DNA from: Acidobacteriota bacterium
Lineage (GTDB): Bacteria; Acidobacteriota; UBA6911; RPQK01; JADFOI01
DNA length: 64,000 bases
NCBI GenBank assembly: GCA_963663035.1
Contig: OY760074.1
Span: 960,001 to 1,024,000, forward strand
Reading direction: 5' to 3'
The position numbers were made by a program, and so were the translations under genes. The notes under the pieces are model-generated. The model saw only the letters and a list, made by a program, of their open reading frames with translations. It had not been told where the DNA came from and did not search any database. Shown one piece after another: positions 45,395 to 55,739 of this stretch (the first letter of the stretch is position 1; each line of letters begins with the position of its first letter).

Positions 45395-45562
45395 AGTACG
45401 TTCGTTTCGAATCTAGATCTGATAGCCGCGTGCCCAGTCGGCATCGCTGAAGAATAGGCCCGAACTCGTCAACCAAGACGCATCATTCGGTGAAACAGGT
45501 GAAATCTGCACAAACATTAACCTTTATACTCGCCCGGTCAAATCTTTCAAAGAATCCTCCGG

Positions 45563-46408
45563 CTAGAAGGACGGATCACCAGCGGTGGCGGCTCGGTCCT
45601 CCGCCGTGTAGCGGATGTAACCCGACTCGTCGGCGAAGAGGAAATAGCGGCCCCCCAAGATTCCGTGGACAACAGGGTTGGCGTTAACGGTGAAAGTGGA
45701 ACCGTCTTCACCCGTAGTGGTGGTAAAGGTATACCCGTGCTGGGTACCCGATGCCAGTAGGCCGTCAATCGCCTGCGATTCCTCCAGGGTGGCCAAATCT
45801 GGAGCGTAGTCTCCCCCAGGCGTGGTCGCCGAGTAGGTCAATTGGGCGACGACCAGATCTCTCACCGCGCTGATCGCCGAAGATTCATTGGACACGCACC
45901 GATCACTGATGAAGTCCACAAATTCCTCCGGGTTACGATATCTGGAGTGCAATACCGTCATCTTCGGCATCGGTTGTTCGTCGGACCCATAGAAGCGTGT
46001 CTCCACAATGTTGTCTGCTGCATCATAGTGCCACTCAATGATGGCAGCGCCTAACTCCCCCAGTTCTTTTAGAGTGCCATCGGTACCAAAGAACCTTTGT
46101 TCAACGAGATTCTTTCGCCCATCATACTTGGAGCGAAACCTGGCAATCCCCTTTAGCGTCAGCAACTGCTCATCTATGCCAACGCACCTGTACTCTATTT
46201 CATTTCCATAGTCGTCGAATTGGTCCTGAGCACCTTCACAGTCATCCACGAACCCCTTTAACTGTGCGTTGGTATCCAGGGTTTGTATCTCCTTTTCATT
46301 GGACACGACTCTGTAATAGTTGGCCGCTCCTGGTGCGGCTTCTGTACGACTTCCCAGGAGAAGCAGTGTTGCGATCGTGATTGAAAGTGACAAGACGGAA
46401 TTCCTCAT
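45563..46408 (-). CDS. Exported protein: YD-like repeats plus pilin-like C-terminal domain
   Basis: Signal peptide; FDDYGN, YDGRKN, YDAADN; NESSAISAVR...GYTF...FADESGYIRY. Confidence 0.7.
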   Translation of the reverse strand: MRNSVLSLSITIATLLLLGSRTEAAPGAANYYRVVSNEKEIQTLDTNAQLKGFVDDCEGAQDQFDDYGNEIEYRCVGIDEQLLTLKGIARFRSKYDGRKNLVEQRFFGTDGTLKELGELGAAIIEWHYDAADNIVETRFYGSDEQPMPKMTVLHSRYRNPEEFVDFISDRCVSNESSAISAVRDLVVAQLTYSATTPGGDYAPDLATLEESQAIDGLLASGTQHGYTFTTTTGEDGSTFTVNANPVVHGILGGRYFLFADESGYIRYTAEDRAATAGDPSF

Positions 46409-46683
46409 GGTTCTTCGTTTCCTTACAGGTTTTTCGGTAGATGCATCTAACGTGCCAATTTTCTTGACTCCCTTCTCCAGGTGCCTGCAGATTGCACATA
46501 ACTATCTATGGACCAATGAGTTAGACATTTTTTTGAGGGTGTGTCCGGGCTCAGGAGCACCCGATTCTTCCCAGCCTATGTCAATACTGGTTCACAGATG
46601 TCAATCCAGCTGCTTTACGAAACGCTCACCAGGAAGGGAGACATTACGGTAGATTGTCTCCTGTGTTTGCTAGCGTCCTAAGC

Positions 46684-47439
46684 ATGAAGGTGTATTTTCA
46701 ATTCGGTTTGTCGCTCTCCATGCTTTTAAACACGGCTCTGGAGGTGAATGCGCAATCGGACGGCACCCCGGTGCTCCCTAAGGAGATTGAGGAATACACC
46801 CTTGAATTTGAGAGAATTCAATCGTTGGATCGTCTTGAGCGGAACATCGAAGTTCTCTATCGAAAGGGAATCGTTGCCGGAAAGAGCCTTTTGTCCCCCG
46901 TCGAGATATCGGACTTGTATCTGCTGGAGAGGCTTAGCCAGGAACAGCTAAGAGCCGTGAGTCGCGCGCTTCCGGGCATCTTTCTGACTCGTGAAGAGGT
47001 TTTGCAGGCGAGACCCGACGCCAAGAGCTATCTTGAGTTTGCATTAAAGTGGGGCGGCCGCGCGGACATCGCGTACTTCTCAACTCTCCAAATTGCCTAC
47101 CCCAGCCCGGGCTGGCCACTGTATATTGAACCTCAGACTGATTACGGAGGATGTCGGCGGCTCGGCTCATTTGTCTTTTCCGAGCTCTATGGGATGTGGC
47201 GCGCGTTCCAAAGCCGATTTCCCGATCGTTACAAACAAGAGGTGGGAGAAGAGTTGGCAGATCTAGAAGAAAACCTCCTCCACCCGGGGGCCTGTGAGGG
47301 CCCCAGGGAAGTAGCGGAAGCGTACCGTGAGTTCATCCGCTCTTTTCCCGATGAGCCCGTCTCTAATGAAATTCGGTTACGTATCTCTGAGATTGAAAAC
47401 GGCACTTCCAATCTCAGATTCAACTTAAGTTTGCCGTGA
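46684..47439 (+). CDS. Exported hypothetical protein
   Basis: Signal-like N-terminus ending VNA; YIEPQTDYGGC. Confidence 0.7.
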   Translation: MKVYFQFGLSLSMLLNTALEVNAQSDGTPVLPKEIEEYTLEFERIQSLDRLERNIEVLYRKGIVAGKSLLSPVEISDLYLLERLSQEQLRAVSRALPGIFLTREEVLQARPDAKSYLEFALKWGGRADIAYFSTLQIAYPSPGWPLYIEPQTDYGGCRRLGSFVFSELYGMWRAFQSRFPDRYKQEVGEELADLEENLLHPGACEGPREVAEAYREFIRSFPDEPVSNEIRLRISEIENGTSNLRFNLSLP

Positions 47440-47484
47440 CGCTCTGGCCCGGTCTGCCCCGCTGATAGTTGCTTCAAGTCACTA

Positions 47485-48843
47485 TTGAAAATGTTGGGAA
47501 AAGAAGTTCGACAGACTCTTGTATTGGCAGGCCCGCTCATTCTGGCGCAGCTTGCCCAGATGTCCTCGTCTTTTGTGGATACCATCATGGTTGGTCGGCT
47601 GGGCAGTCAAGAGCTGGCTGGAGTGGCAGTGGGCGGTGCCGTGTACTTTCCTGTGGTCCTCATCGGCCTGGGAGTCCTGATGGCGGTCGGCCCCATGGTC
47701 TCGCACAGCTACGGCGCTGGTGACGAGGTTGCCATTGGCCGCTCCGTGCGCCAGGGTCTCTGGCTGGGGACGCTGCTGATCATTCCCACCTCTCTGGTGA
47801 TATGGAATGGACCCTCGCTGTTAGCCTGGATGGGCCAGGAGGAAAGCACCGTCCTTTTGGCCGAAGAATACCTCCATGCGATTATCTGGGGCCTCCCTCC
47901 GCTTCTCTGGTTCGGAGTTCTGCGTTACTTTCTGGAAGGCCTCTCTCGCCCGCTGGTGATCATGTTGATCACCAGCGGTGCTGTGATGCTCAACGTGATC
48001 GCTAATTACGTTCTTATGTACGGGAAGCTGGGATTTCCAGCACTGGGGTTAGCGGGCTGCGGCTGGGCAAGCGCGCTCGTTTACTGGAGTATGTTCCTGG
48101 TTATGGTTTTCGTCATTGGCAACAGCCAAGCACTTAGATCCTATGGAGTCTTTTCTCGCCTGGGTAAACCGGACTGGCACCATTTTCTGGAAATTTTCCG
48201 AATCGGTTGGCCCATCGGGGTGACCCTTGGTCTTGAAGTGGGTCTTTTTTCCTTCACGGCCCTCTTGATAGGACTCTTCGGTACCACCATGCTGGCTGCC
48301 CATCAGATCGCGACACAATGTGCGTCCTATGCTTTCATGGTCCCACTCGGTCTTTCCTTGGCGGTTTCAGTGCGAGTGGGCCAGGCCACTGGTCGGAGGG
48401 ATTTTCAGGGAGCCCGCCGCGCCGGCTATGTGGGTATGTGGCTCGGTTCCAGTTTCATGATGATCAGCGCCATCTGCTTTTGGGCATTTCCAAGGTCCAT
48501 CATTTCACTGTTTCTGGACGTCCAAAGCACCCTCAACACGGAAGTTGTGCTCCAGGCGACTGTCCTGCTGAGCATAGCCGCTGTCTTTCAGATCTTCGAC
48601 GGTCTCCAGGTTACGGCTGCCGGCGCCTTGAGGGGCCTGAAGGATACGCGAACACCCATGCTGGTCGCCGTAATCTCTTACTGGTGTGTGGGTTTGACCA
48701 GCGGCTATGTGTTGGGCTTTCAACTGGGCTTTGAGGGCGTGGGGTTGTGGTGGGGACTGGTCATTGGACTCACCATGGCTGCTCTTTTGTTGTCCTGGCG
48801 TTTCAACAGGAAGATCAAGGGTCTTCTTGTCTCAGCCGGCTGA
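47485..48843 (+). CDS. MATE family efflux transporter (NorM-like)
   Basis: FVDTIMVGRLG, LAAHQIA, FQIFDGLQV...GALRGLKDTR. Confidence 0.95.
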   Translation: MKMLGKEVRQTLVLAGPLILAQLAQMSSSFVDTIMVGRLGSQELAGVAVGGAVYFPVVLIGLGVLMAVGPMVSHSYGAGDEVAIGRSVRQGLWLGTLLIIPTSLVIWNGPSLLAWMGQEESTVLLAEEYLHAIIWGLPPLLWFGVLRYFLEGLSRPLVIMLITSGAVMLNVIANYVLMYGKLGFPALGLAGCGWASALVYWSMFLVMVFVIGNSQALRSYGVFSRLGKPDWHHFLEIFRIGWPIGVTLGLEVGLFSFTALLIGLFGTTMLAAHQIATQCASYAFMVPLGLSLAVSVRVGQATGRRDFQGARRAGYVGMWLGSSFMMISAICFWAFPRSIISLFLDVQSTLNTEVVLQATVLLSIAAVFQIFDGLQVTAAGALRGLKDTRTPMLVAVISYWCVGLTSGYVLGFQLGFEGVGLWWGLVIGLTMAALLLSWRFNRKIKGLLVSAG

Positions 48844-48926
48844 TCTCACCCAGCTGAGAAGGGCGTGCTACAATGGCCACCAAATTCCAAGGATGGTCCC
48901 AAGATCCGGTGCACTGGAGGTGTTCA

Positions 48927-49325
48927 ATGCCGATCGAAATTCCCGAGCCAATCAAGCAGTTCCTGAGTTTAAAAGCCTACGGTCATGTGGTCACGCGTAA
49001 TGCAGACGGCAGCCCGCAAGTGAGCATGGTCTGGATGGACGTCGATGGGAACGAAGTTCTCTTTAACACCGCGGAGGAAAGAGTCAAGCCGCGAAACCTG
49101 CGCCGCGACCCCCGCATTATCATCTCCGTCCAGAATCCCAACGACTCGCAGGTTTACGCCCTCTTCCACGGAAGTGCGACGGTGACCGAGGAAGGAGCGG
49201 ATGAGCACATTGACAAGCTGACCAAGCGTTTTCTGGGAATGGACGAGTATCCCTTCCGAGCGCCGGGCGAGCAGCGATTGATCGTTCGGACCCAGGTTGA
49301 TCGCATCGGGGGGTTTGGGACCTAG
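48927..49325 (+). CDS. PPOX-class F420/FMN-binding oxidoreductase
   Basis: TRNADGSPQVSMVW, KPRNLRRDPR; GGAGG RBS. Confidence 0.88.
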   Translation: MPIEIPEPIKQFLSLKAYGHVVTRNADGSPQVSMVWMDVDGNEVLFNTAEERVKPRNLRRDPRIIISVQNPNDSQVYALFHGSATVTEEGADEHIDKLTKRFLGMDEYPFRAPGEQRLIVRTQVDRIGGFGT

Positions 49326-49331
49326 AAAAAG

Positions 49332-50771
49332 ATGACAAGCCTGGCTCGAAAGTCTCTATTCGTTCTGGCAGGTATCGTAGTTGTGGTGGTCTTGGGGGCC
49401 GGCATTTTCCTGTTGACCTTCGATGCCGATCAATACTGCGGATATATCCTGGAGCCTCTCAGCCAGACGTTGGGAAGGCCTGTGGAGGCCGCGGGTCTTG
49501 AGCTGGGTCTGTTCCCATTGAGCTTAACCCTCAACGACATCCGAGTAGCCAAGAGCGCCGATATGAGCGGGGAAGACCTCTTGAGCGCCCAGGCCGTGGA
49601 AGTCCAGGTCACTCTCTCATCGCTTTTGAGTGGTGCCCCGGTGGTGAGCGGCCAGATCAGTCTCTCGGATGCTACGGTGCAGCCCGATGGTTGGAGTCGT
49701 CCTTTCACCATCCAGCAAGCCGATCTGGAATTCGGTCCCGATCAGGTGGAGCTGCAGAATCTGCAGGTGACGATAGCGGGGGGGACGCTTGAAGGCTTTC
49801 TGCGGGTGAACGATTGGGACGCTCCCAAGGTTGTCTTTGAGTTGAGCGGGGATTATTTTGACGTGACCGAGTTACAGAACTCGATGGGCTACTCCCAGGA
49901 ACCTTCTGGAAGGGGAGCCGGGGAAGCGGGTCAAGGGATGACCTGGTTCAACAAGGTGACTGGGGAAGGACAGTTGAAGCTGGGCCAACTCAAACACGGA
50001 ACTCTGATACTCGAGCCCTTTGAAGCAGCCGTCCAAATCGCGGAAGGACAGGTGATCTGTGAACCCATCAGCTTTGGCCTCTATGGCGGAACGGGCAGTG
50101 GTCGATTGCAAATCGACCTTTCCAAATCCGAGCCGTCCAGCACATTCAGCGTTGAACTGGAGAAGGTCGATGCCAACCAGATGCTCTCCGCCAACACCGA
50201 GTCCAAAGACAGGCTGTTTGGGAATTTGCATGCCTCCCTCGAGCTGGCTGCCAGTGGTGGTGAGCGAGACAGGATCTTTCAGACAGCCAACGGCCAGGGA
50301 ACGCTTCAGCTCACCGAGGGGGGGCTGGGTGCGCTGAACCTGGGGAAGGAGTTGGCCGACCTCAATAGTCTGGTGGGCTTGCCCTTCACCGAGACGGGTA
50401 CCCAACTGGAAGAGTTCTTTACCACGTTTTCGGTCGAGGACGGCTGGATCCGCACCGAGGATCTTCTGATCAGGACACCGAAGTTGGCCATGGGCGCTGT
50501 GGGGAGGTTGAGTCTCAGCGGAGAACTCGACTTCGAGGCCTCAGCGGCCTTCACTCCTGAAGCCAGCCAGCAGCTGTCCAACCCCCTGGCGAGCCTGTTT
50601 AGCAGTCTCTTCACCGATCAATACAACCGAATCGTGATTCCCTTTGACATCCAGGGCAACTTCAAGCAACCGCAGTTCAAGTTGGATGCGGGCCGCCTGG
50701 CCATGATTCGGCTCGGTGTCTTTTTGACCAAACCTCCGGAACCTGCCCAGGAGGAGACGACCCCGGAATAA
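49332..50771 (+). CDS. AsmA family protein
   Basis: N-terminal TM then FDADQY; LYGG; C-terminal IPFDIQGNFKQP. Confidence 0.85.
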   Translation: MTSLARKSLFVLAGIVVVVVLGAGIFLLTFDADQYCGYILEPLSQTLGRPVEAAGLELGLFPLSLTLNDIRVAKSADMSGEDLLSAQAVEVQVTLSSLLSGAPVVSGQISLSDATVQPDGWSRPFTIQQADLEFGPDQVELQNLQVTIAGGTLEGFLRVNDWDAPKVVFELSGDYFDVTELQNSMGYSQEPSGRGAGEAGQGMTWFNKVTGEGQLKLGQLKHGTLILEPFEAAVQIAEGQVICEPISFGLYGGTGSGRLQIDLSKSEPSSTFSVELEKVDANQMLSANTESKDRLFGNLHASLELAASGGERDRIFQTANGQGTLQLTEGGLGALNLGKELADLNSLVGLPFTETGTQLEEFFTTFSVEDGWIRTEDLLIRTPKLAMGAVGRLSLSGELDFEASAAFTPEASQQLSNPLASLFSSLFTDQYNRIVIPFDIQGNFKQPQFKLDAGRLAMIRLGVFLTKPPEPAQEETTPE

Positions 50772-50775
50772 GGCT

Positions 50776-51108
50776 ATGAAACACCAGATCGGACCCTTTC
50801 TTATCCTGATGGTGCTGGTGGCTGCTTGCCAGAGTTCCACCAGCCCACCCTCAGAGCTCAGGGTCGGTTTGAGCAAGGCCGAAGTGCTCGAGTTGCTGGG
50901 CCAACCCGGGGTGAGAGGCACCCTGGTCAAGCAAACCGAATCCATCTGGGGACCACAGGAGGAGTGGTGGGATCAGGTTGAGATGGGGGCTTCCCTTGAA
51001 ACCTGGTCATACCTCTATCCCGGAGAGGGAACTCAGTTCGTCTATTTCCTGGACGAGTCGGATACCGTGTCCTTCACGGCCTATACTCCAGAGGGGGTTG
51101 TCTATTGA
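50776..51108 (+). CDS. Small lipoprotein (SmpA/BamE-like)
   Basis: Lipobox VAAC; LRVGLSKAEVLELLGQP...ETWSY. Confidence 0.7.
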   Translation: MKHQIGPFLILMVLVAACQSSTSPPSELRVGLSKAEVLELLGQPGVRGTLVKQTESIWGPQEEWWDQVEMGASLETWSYLYPGEGTQFVYFLDESDTVSFTAYTPEGVVY

Positions 51109-52070
51109 CCGGTCCCCTCTGAACCGGTCCAGTGGTATTGTTTCCTGTGGTAAATTTCGCCGACGGTCTGGGTGCAGATGACTTTAATGGTGCGGAATGT
51201 TTTGTCGGAGAGGGCGGGAGGTCGAAAGGTCAGAATATACTGGCTTTTCAATTCCTCGGCCACTTGCAGGTAACTGCTCCTGAGATCTTCCAGCTTTTCT
51301 GGGAAGAAAACTCTACCGCCGGTAGCCTCGGCTAACTGAGAGAGGGAGATTTCTTTTTCTCGAAAATAAAGCTCAATAAAGTCCGACTCCTCGTGGAGTA
51401 CGTTTTTCATCACCTGATTGAGAAAGTCCACTCGCTCGCTGGTTTTAACCTTGGGTTGGACCAGGCGCGTGCGGCTCACGATGTAAAGTGAGATGTTGGA
51501 TTCAATGAGATAGTTCAGGACATCATCGGATGTGGACCGGCTTTCATTATCGAGTCCGTCAGTGAGAAGGATGATGACCCTTTTCCCGGGCAGGTCAACC
51601 AGTCTTTCACGGGCTGTAGAAAGCAGTGCATCGTAGAGCGCCGTTCGATAGCCACGCTCCAGGTGTTTGAGTGACTTTCGCACCTCTTCCCGGTCATTGG
51701 TCCAATCCTGCAGCAATTCCAGCTGGTCGGAAAAGGAAATAATGGCAATTCTGTCCTCTCTGCCGAAGGCTTGGGCAAACTGCAGGGCGGCCTCGCGGAT
51801 CTCTTCCAGCTCTTCCCGAAGACTGCTGCTGACATCCAGCAGAAGGGTGACATGGATGGCTGTTTTGTCGAGAAGGAAGTTCTGGATGGGCCGCGGCTCA
51901 TCCTCATCCAGAAGGATGAACTGCTCTCGAGTCAGGTTGGTGAGAACCCGACCCTTGGCGTCCAGGACACTGACGGGAACCTTGATGTAGTCGGCCCGGA
52001 CTTTGAATGAAGGTGTGTCTTGAGCAAGAAGCAGGGGACAGCAGAGAAAAATCCAGGCCAGGCGGCGCAT
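51102..52070 (-). CDS. VWA domain protein
   Basis: LLLDVSSS, TALYDA, LLTDGLD, LAEATGG, ELKSQY; signal peptide. Confidence 0.92.
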   Translation of the reverse strand: MRRLAWIFLCCPLLLAQDTPSFKVRADYIKVPVSVLDAKGRVLTNLTREQFILLDEDEPRPIQNFLLDKTAIHVTLLLDVSSSLREELEEIREAALQFAQAFGREDRIAIISFSDQLELLQDWTNDREEVRKSLKHLERGYRTALYDALLSTARERLVDLPGKRVIILLTDGLDNESRSTSDDVLNYLIESNISLYIVSRTRLVQPKVKTSERVDFLNQVMKNVLHEESDFIELYFREKEISLSQLAEATGGRVFFPEKLEDLRSSYLQVAEELKSQYILTFRPPALSDKTFRTIKVICTQTVGEIYHRKQYHWTGSEGTGQ

Positions 52071-52098
52071 GACCCCATTATAGTACCAAGACCATCCC

Positions 52099-52300
52099 AA
52101 GCCCACACTTCTCACACCAGGTCGTCGCGAAGCGGCGAAAGGACCGGAAAACAGAGCCGTGGGCTTTAGCCCACGGGCCCGCAGGCTAAAGCCTGCGGCT
52201 CCGACTGGCGCGCGAGGGGTACCCGCTTGCGGGTCGCGCAACGCAGTCAGGTCGTATCATTGCGCCGATGCAGTAGACCTGGTGTGAGAAGTGCGGGCTA
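52099..52300. mobile_element. MITE-like element with an internal REP doublet (52152-52202)
   Basis: TIRs AGCCCACACTTCTCACACCAGGTC / GACCTGGTGTGAGAAGTGCGGGCT; homologous to 1-180. Confidence 0.8.
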
Positions 52301-52316
52301 AACGAGGGGCGAAGGG

Positions 52317-53792
52317 CTACGGTTTCCATCTGAGCTGGGGAGAGCGGGCGGCCCGCACTTCGTCCAGGCGGGTCAGCTTGGCCGTGGTTGGGGCACTGGT
52401 GACCAAGTCGGGGTCGTCCCTGGCCTCACGGCTGATGGCAATCATGGCCTCAATGAAAGCATCCAATTCCTCTTTGCTGTGGCTCTCGGTGGGCTCGATC
52501 ATGAGCGCTCCCTGGACGATCAAAGGGAAATAAGTGGTGGGGGGATGGAAGCCGTAGTCGATTAATCTTTTGGCGATGTCCAGTGTCGTCACGCCCGTTT
52601 TGTTCTGCCTCTTGTCCGAGAAAACGACCTCGTGCAGGATGGGGGTGTCATAGGGAAGATCGTAGTATCCCTCCAGCCGCCGCCGAATGTAGTTGGCGCT
52701 CAGGACGGCCATTCCGCTCAATTCCTTCAGTCCTTCTCGACCACAGCTGAGGATGTAGCAAAGAGCCCGCACCGCCATCCCGAAATTGCCATAAAAAGCA
52801 TGGACACGGCCGATGCTGGCGGGCTCATCGGAGTTGAGTCGATACTGCCCTCCCTCCTGCTCCACCCGGGGCACCGGCAAGTAGGGTGAAAGATCTTTCT
52901 TGCAGGCCACCGGACCGCTGCCTGGCCCGCCCCCGCCGTGAGGGGTGGAAAGCGTCTTGTGGAGGTTGAGGTGAAGCACATCGATTCCCATCTCGCCCGG
53001 CCGAGCATAGCCCATCAAGGCGTTCAAATTGGCGCCGTCCATATAAATGAGTCCACCCTGGTGGTGGACAACCTGGGCGATCTCCTCGATCTGTGTTTCA
53101 AAAATCCCCATGGTATTGGGGTTGGTCAGCATCAGACAGGCCACCTCTTCTGTCATTTTCTCCTTCAGCACCTCAACGTCGATCCTGCCCTCTGCATTTG
53201 AGGGGATGGAGATCACCTCATAGCCAGCCAGGACGGCGCTGGCCGGATTGGTTCCGTGGGCCGAGTCGGGAATCAGGACAAATCGACGAGGGTCCCCCTG
53301 GCGGGAAAGATGACAGGCGCGGATCATTAAGATGCCCGTGAACTCGGCCTGAGCCCCTCCTGCAGGCTGCAGACTCACCGCGTCCATGGCGGTCAGTTCC
53401 TTCAGGGTTTCCTGGAGCCTGAAGAGAATCTCCAGGTTGCCCTGACTGTGCTGATCCCCTTGAAGCGGATGGGTCAAGGCGATATCGGAGAGGCGAGCAA
53501 CTCGTTCGTTGAGCTTGGGGTTGTACTTCATGCTGCAGGAGCCCAGTGGGTACATCCCCAGGTCGATGTGGTAGTTCCAGGTGGAGAGCCGGGTGTAATG
53601 GCGTATCAACTCGACCTCGCTGACCTCGGGAAAACCCTGGACCTCCTGGCGCAGATATTTGGAATCCAGGATTTCCTCCACCGGGACATCCTCAACATCC
53701 AGGGGAGGAAGAGTGTAGGCGGCTTTCCCGGGGCCTGATTTGTCAAAAATCAGCGGCTCGTTCAGGTTAAAGGTAACGGATGTTCGTTTCAC
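52317..53792 (-). CDS. gcvPB: Glycine dehydrogenase subunit 2
   Basis: YPLGSCSMKYNP, SAHGTNPAS, HLNLHKT..TPHGGGGPG, IEPTES. Confidence 0.97.
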   Translation of the reverse strand: MKRTSVTFNLNEPLIFDKSGPGKAAYTLPPLDVEDVPVEEILDSKYLRQEVQGFPEVSEVELIRHYTRLSTWNYHIDLGMYPLGSCSMKYNPKLNERVARLSDIALTHPLQGDQHSQGNLEILFRLQETLKELTAMDAVSLQPAGGAQAEFTGILMIRACHLSRQGDPRRFVLIPDSAHGTNPASAVLAGYEVISIPSNAEGRIDVEVLKEKMTEEVACLMLTNPNTMGIFETQIEEIAQVVHHQGGLIYMDGANLNALMGYARPGEMGIDVLHLNLHKTLSTPHGGGGPGSGPVACKKDLSPYLPVPRVEQEGGQYRLNSDEPASIGRVHAFYGNFGMAVRALCYILSCGREGLKELSGMAVLSANYIRRRLEGYYDLPYDTPILHEVVFSDKRQNKTGVTTLDIAKRLIDYGFHPPTTYFPLIVQGALMIEPTESHSKEELDAFIEAMIAISREARDDPDLVTSAPTTAKLTRLDEVRAARSPQLRWKP

Positions 53793-55132
53793 AGCGGGAC
53801 TTCTACACCTTTCAAGATTTCCGCAAAGCGTTGTATTTTTTCGAGACTGTTCTGCTCGGTCACGCAGACCAGCATCTGGTTGGACCGCTCAGGAAAATAT
53901 CTCCCCAGGGGAAGGCCCCCGATGATCCCCTCGCCGGCGAGTCGGCGATTGATCTCCTCGGGATCCTCAGCGCAGTCCACCACCATTTCGTTGAAAGTGG
54001 CTCCGGAAAAAGCCAGGGAATCACCCAGTAATTTCCGCAAAGAGAAAGCCTTCTTGAGATTCTGCTCGGCTAGCTCTCGGATCCCACCCTTACCCAGAGT
54101 GGTGAGGAAAACGGCAGCAATCAAGGCACACAGGCCTTGATTGGTACAGATATTGGAGGTCGCCTTCTGGCGGCGGATGTGTTGCTCTCGAGTGGCCAGC
54201 GTCAGGACGAAGCCTGGCCGCCCCAGACTGTCGACGGTTTGACCCACCAGCCGGCCCGGCATTTGGCGCTTGTACTTGTCCTTGGTGGCAAAGAGACCCA
54301 GATAGGGTCCTCCAAATCCCAGAGGGATGCCCAGGGATTGCCCCTCTCCCACCACGATGTCTGCACCCAGTTCCCCCGGAGGTTTGAGAAGTCCCATTGA
54401 GAGGGCCTCGGTCACCACGACGATGGACAGAGCGCCTGCCCTCTCGCACAGACGACTTGCGGCCTCCACTTCATCCAGGACTCCAAAGAAGTTGGGGGAC
54501 TGAATCACCACGGCAGCATGATCCTCACTCAGGAGCTGCTCCAGACTTTCCAAGCAAATGCATCCCGATTCCGTGAAAGGGAGGTCCTCTATCTGGATAT
54601 CCAGGTTGGCGGTATAGGTTTCCAGGACTCTCCGGTACTCCGGGTGCACGCTTTGGGGGATCAGTATCTTCTGTCGCTTGGTCGTGCGAACGGCCATGAG
54701 CACACCCTCGGCCAGCGCGCTGCTTCCGTCATAGAGGCTGGCGTTGGCAACTTCCATTCCGGTGAGCTGACAGATGAGTGTTTGAAACTCAAAGGTGGCT
54801 TGCAGCGTTCCCTGGCTGATCTCGGGTTGGTAAGGGGTATAGCAGGTGTAGAACTCGGCTCGCGAAATGACCGAGTCAATCAGGGTGGGGAGAAAGTGAT
54901 TGTAGGCTCCCGCTCCCAGAAAGTACTCGAAGTTTTCGGCGGAGGCGTTTTTCTGGCCCAGGGCCCGAAAATACTTGAGGATGTCGGTCTCGGAAGCAGC
55001 CTCCGGAATGTCGAGGGTCTCCCTGAGCCTCAGATTCTCAGGAATCGTCCCAAAGAGATCTTCCACGCGATCCACTCCGGTGACTTGCAGCATCAACCGC
55101 TTTTCTTCCGGTGTGATCGAAACGTAGCGCAT
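53789..55132 (-). CDS. gcvPA: Glycine dehydrogenase subunit 1
   Basis: YTPYQPEISQG, NASLYDG, TREQHIRRQKATSNICTNQ. Confidence 0.97.
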   Translation of the reverse strand: MRYVSITPEEKRLMLQVTGVDRVEDLFGTIPENLRLRETLDIPEAASETDILKYFRALGQKNASAENFEYFLGAGAYNHFLPTLIDSVISRAEFYTCYTPYQPEISQGTLQATFEFQTLICQLTGMEVANASLYDGSSALAEGVLMAVRTTKRQKILIPQSVHPEYRRVLETYTANLDIQIEDLPFTESGCICLESLEQLLSEDHAAVVIQSPNFFGVLDEVEAASRLCERAGALSIVVVTEALSMGLLKPPGELGADIVVGEGQSLGIPLGFGGPYLGLFATKDKYKRQMPGRLVGQTVDSLGRPGFVLTLATREQHIRRQKATSNICTNQGLCALIAAVFLTTLGKGGIRELAEQNLKKAFSLRKLLGDSLAFSGATFNEMVVDCAEDPEEINRRLAGEGIIGGLPLGRYFPERSNQMLVCVTEQNSLEKIQRFAEILKGVEVPL

Positions 55133-55135
55133 CGA

Positions 55136-55528
55136 CTACTCCTGTGACTCGTCCTGGACATATTGCGAGTACGCCTGGGAAGACATGAGCCCCTTCAGTT
55201 CGGTCGGGTCTTCCAGACGGGTGCGAATGATCCAACCCTCACCGTAAGGATCGTCATTCACTCGCTGGGGGGAGTCCACCAACGCTTGGTTGATCTCCAC
55301 AATCTCCCCGGAAACCGGCATGTAGATCTCCGAGACCGCCTTGACGGACTCCACGGTGCCAAACGGATCGGTAGCGCTAAAGGTTGCACCCACCTCCGGC
55401 AGTTCAACGAATACCACGTCTCCCAGCTCGGCCTGAGCGTAATCCGTGATTCCAATGGTGACGATGTCATCTTCCCGCAGGACCCACTCGTGTTCATGGC
55501 TGTACAAAAGTTCATCTGGAGCGTTCAT
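55136..55528 (-). CDS. gcvH: Glycine cleavage system H protein
   Basis: GITDYAQAELGDVVFV, VESVKAVS, NDDPYGEGW. Confidence 0.98.
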   Translation of the reverse strand: MNAPDELLYSHEHEWVLREDDIVTIGITDYAQAELGDVVFVELPEVGATFSATDPFGTVESVKAVSEIYMPVSGEIVEINQALVDSPQRVNDDPYGEGWIIRTRLEDPTELKGLMSSQAYSQYVQDESQE

Positions 55529-55739
55529 CTGTCTCCCTCCTCGTGCTTTCCTCTCAGGAGAGCATCCAACATGTCAAAAGTGTCAATTCTTTTATCCCAA
55601 GTGGAGATTGGAATCAACTCAGAAGACCGGGGTCATCATATCAACAAGCCATACCTTTTTGGACAGATTGATCCCATGCTGCACTGCATGTTAGATTGCA
55701 TGATCCTGGACACGAACGTTCTCCAGCGATAAACAGAGC

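Noticed and set aside
52071-52241. 5' extension of the VWA ORF
   Set aside because: Lies in the MITE/REP; the signal peptide begins at ATG 52070.
55529-55739. Glycine riboswitch near gcvH
   Set aside because: CTCTCAGG occurs on the wrong strand and no aptamer structure is evident.
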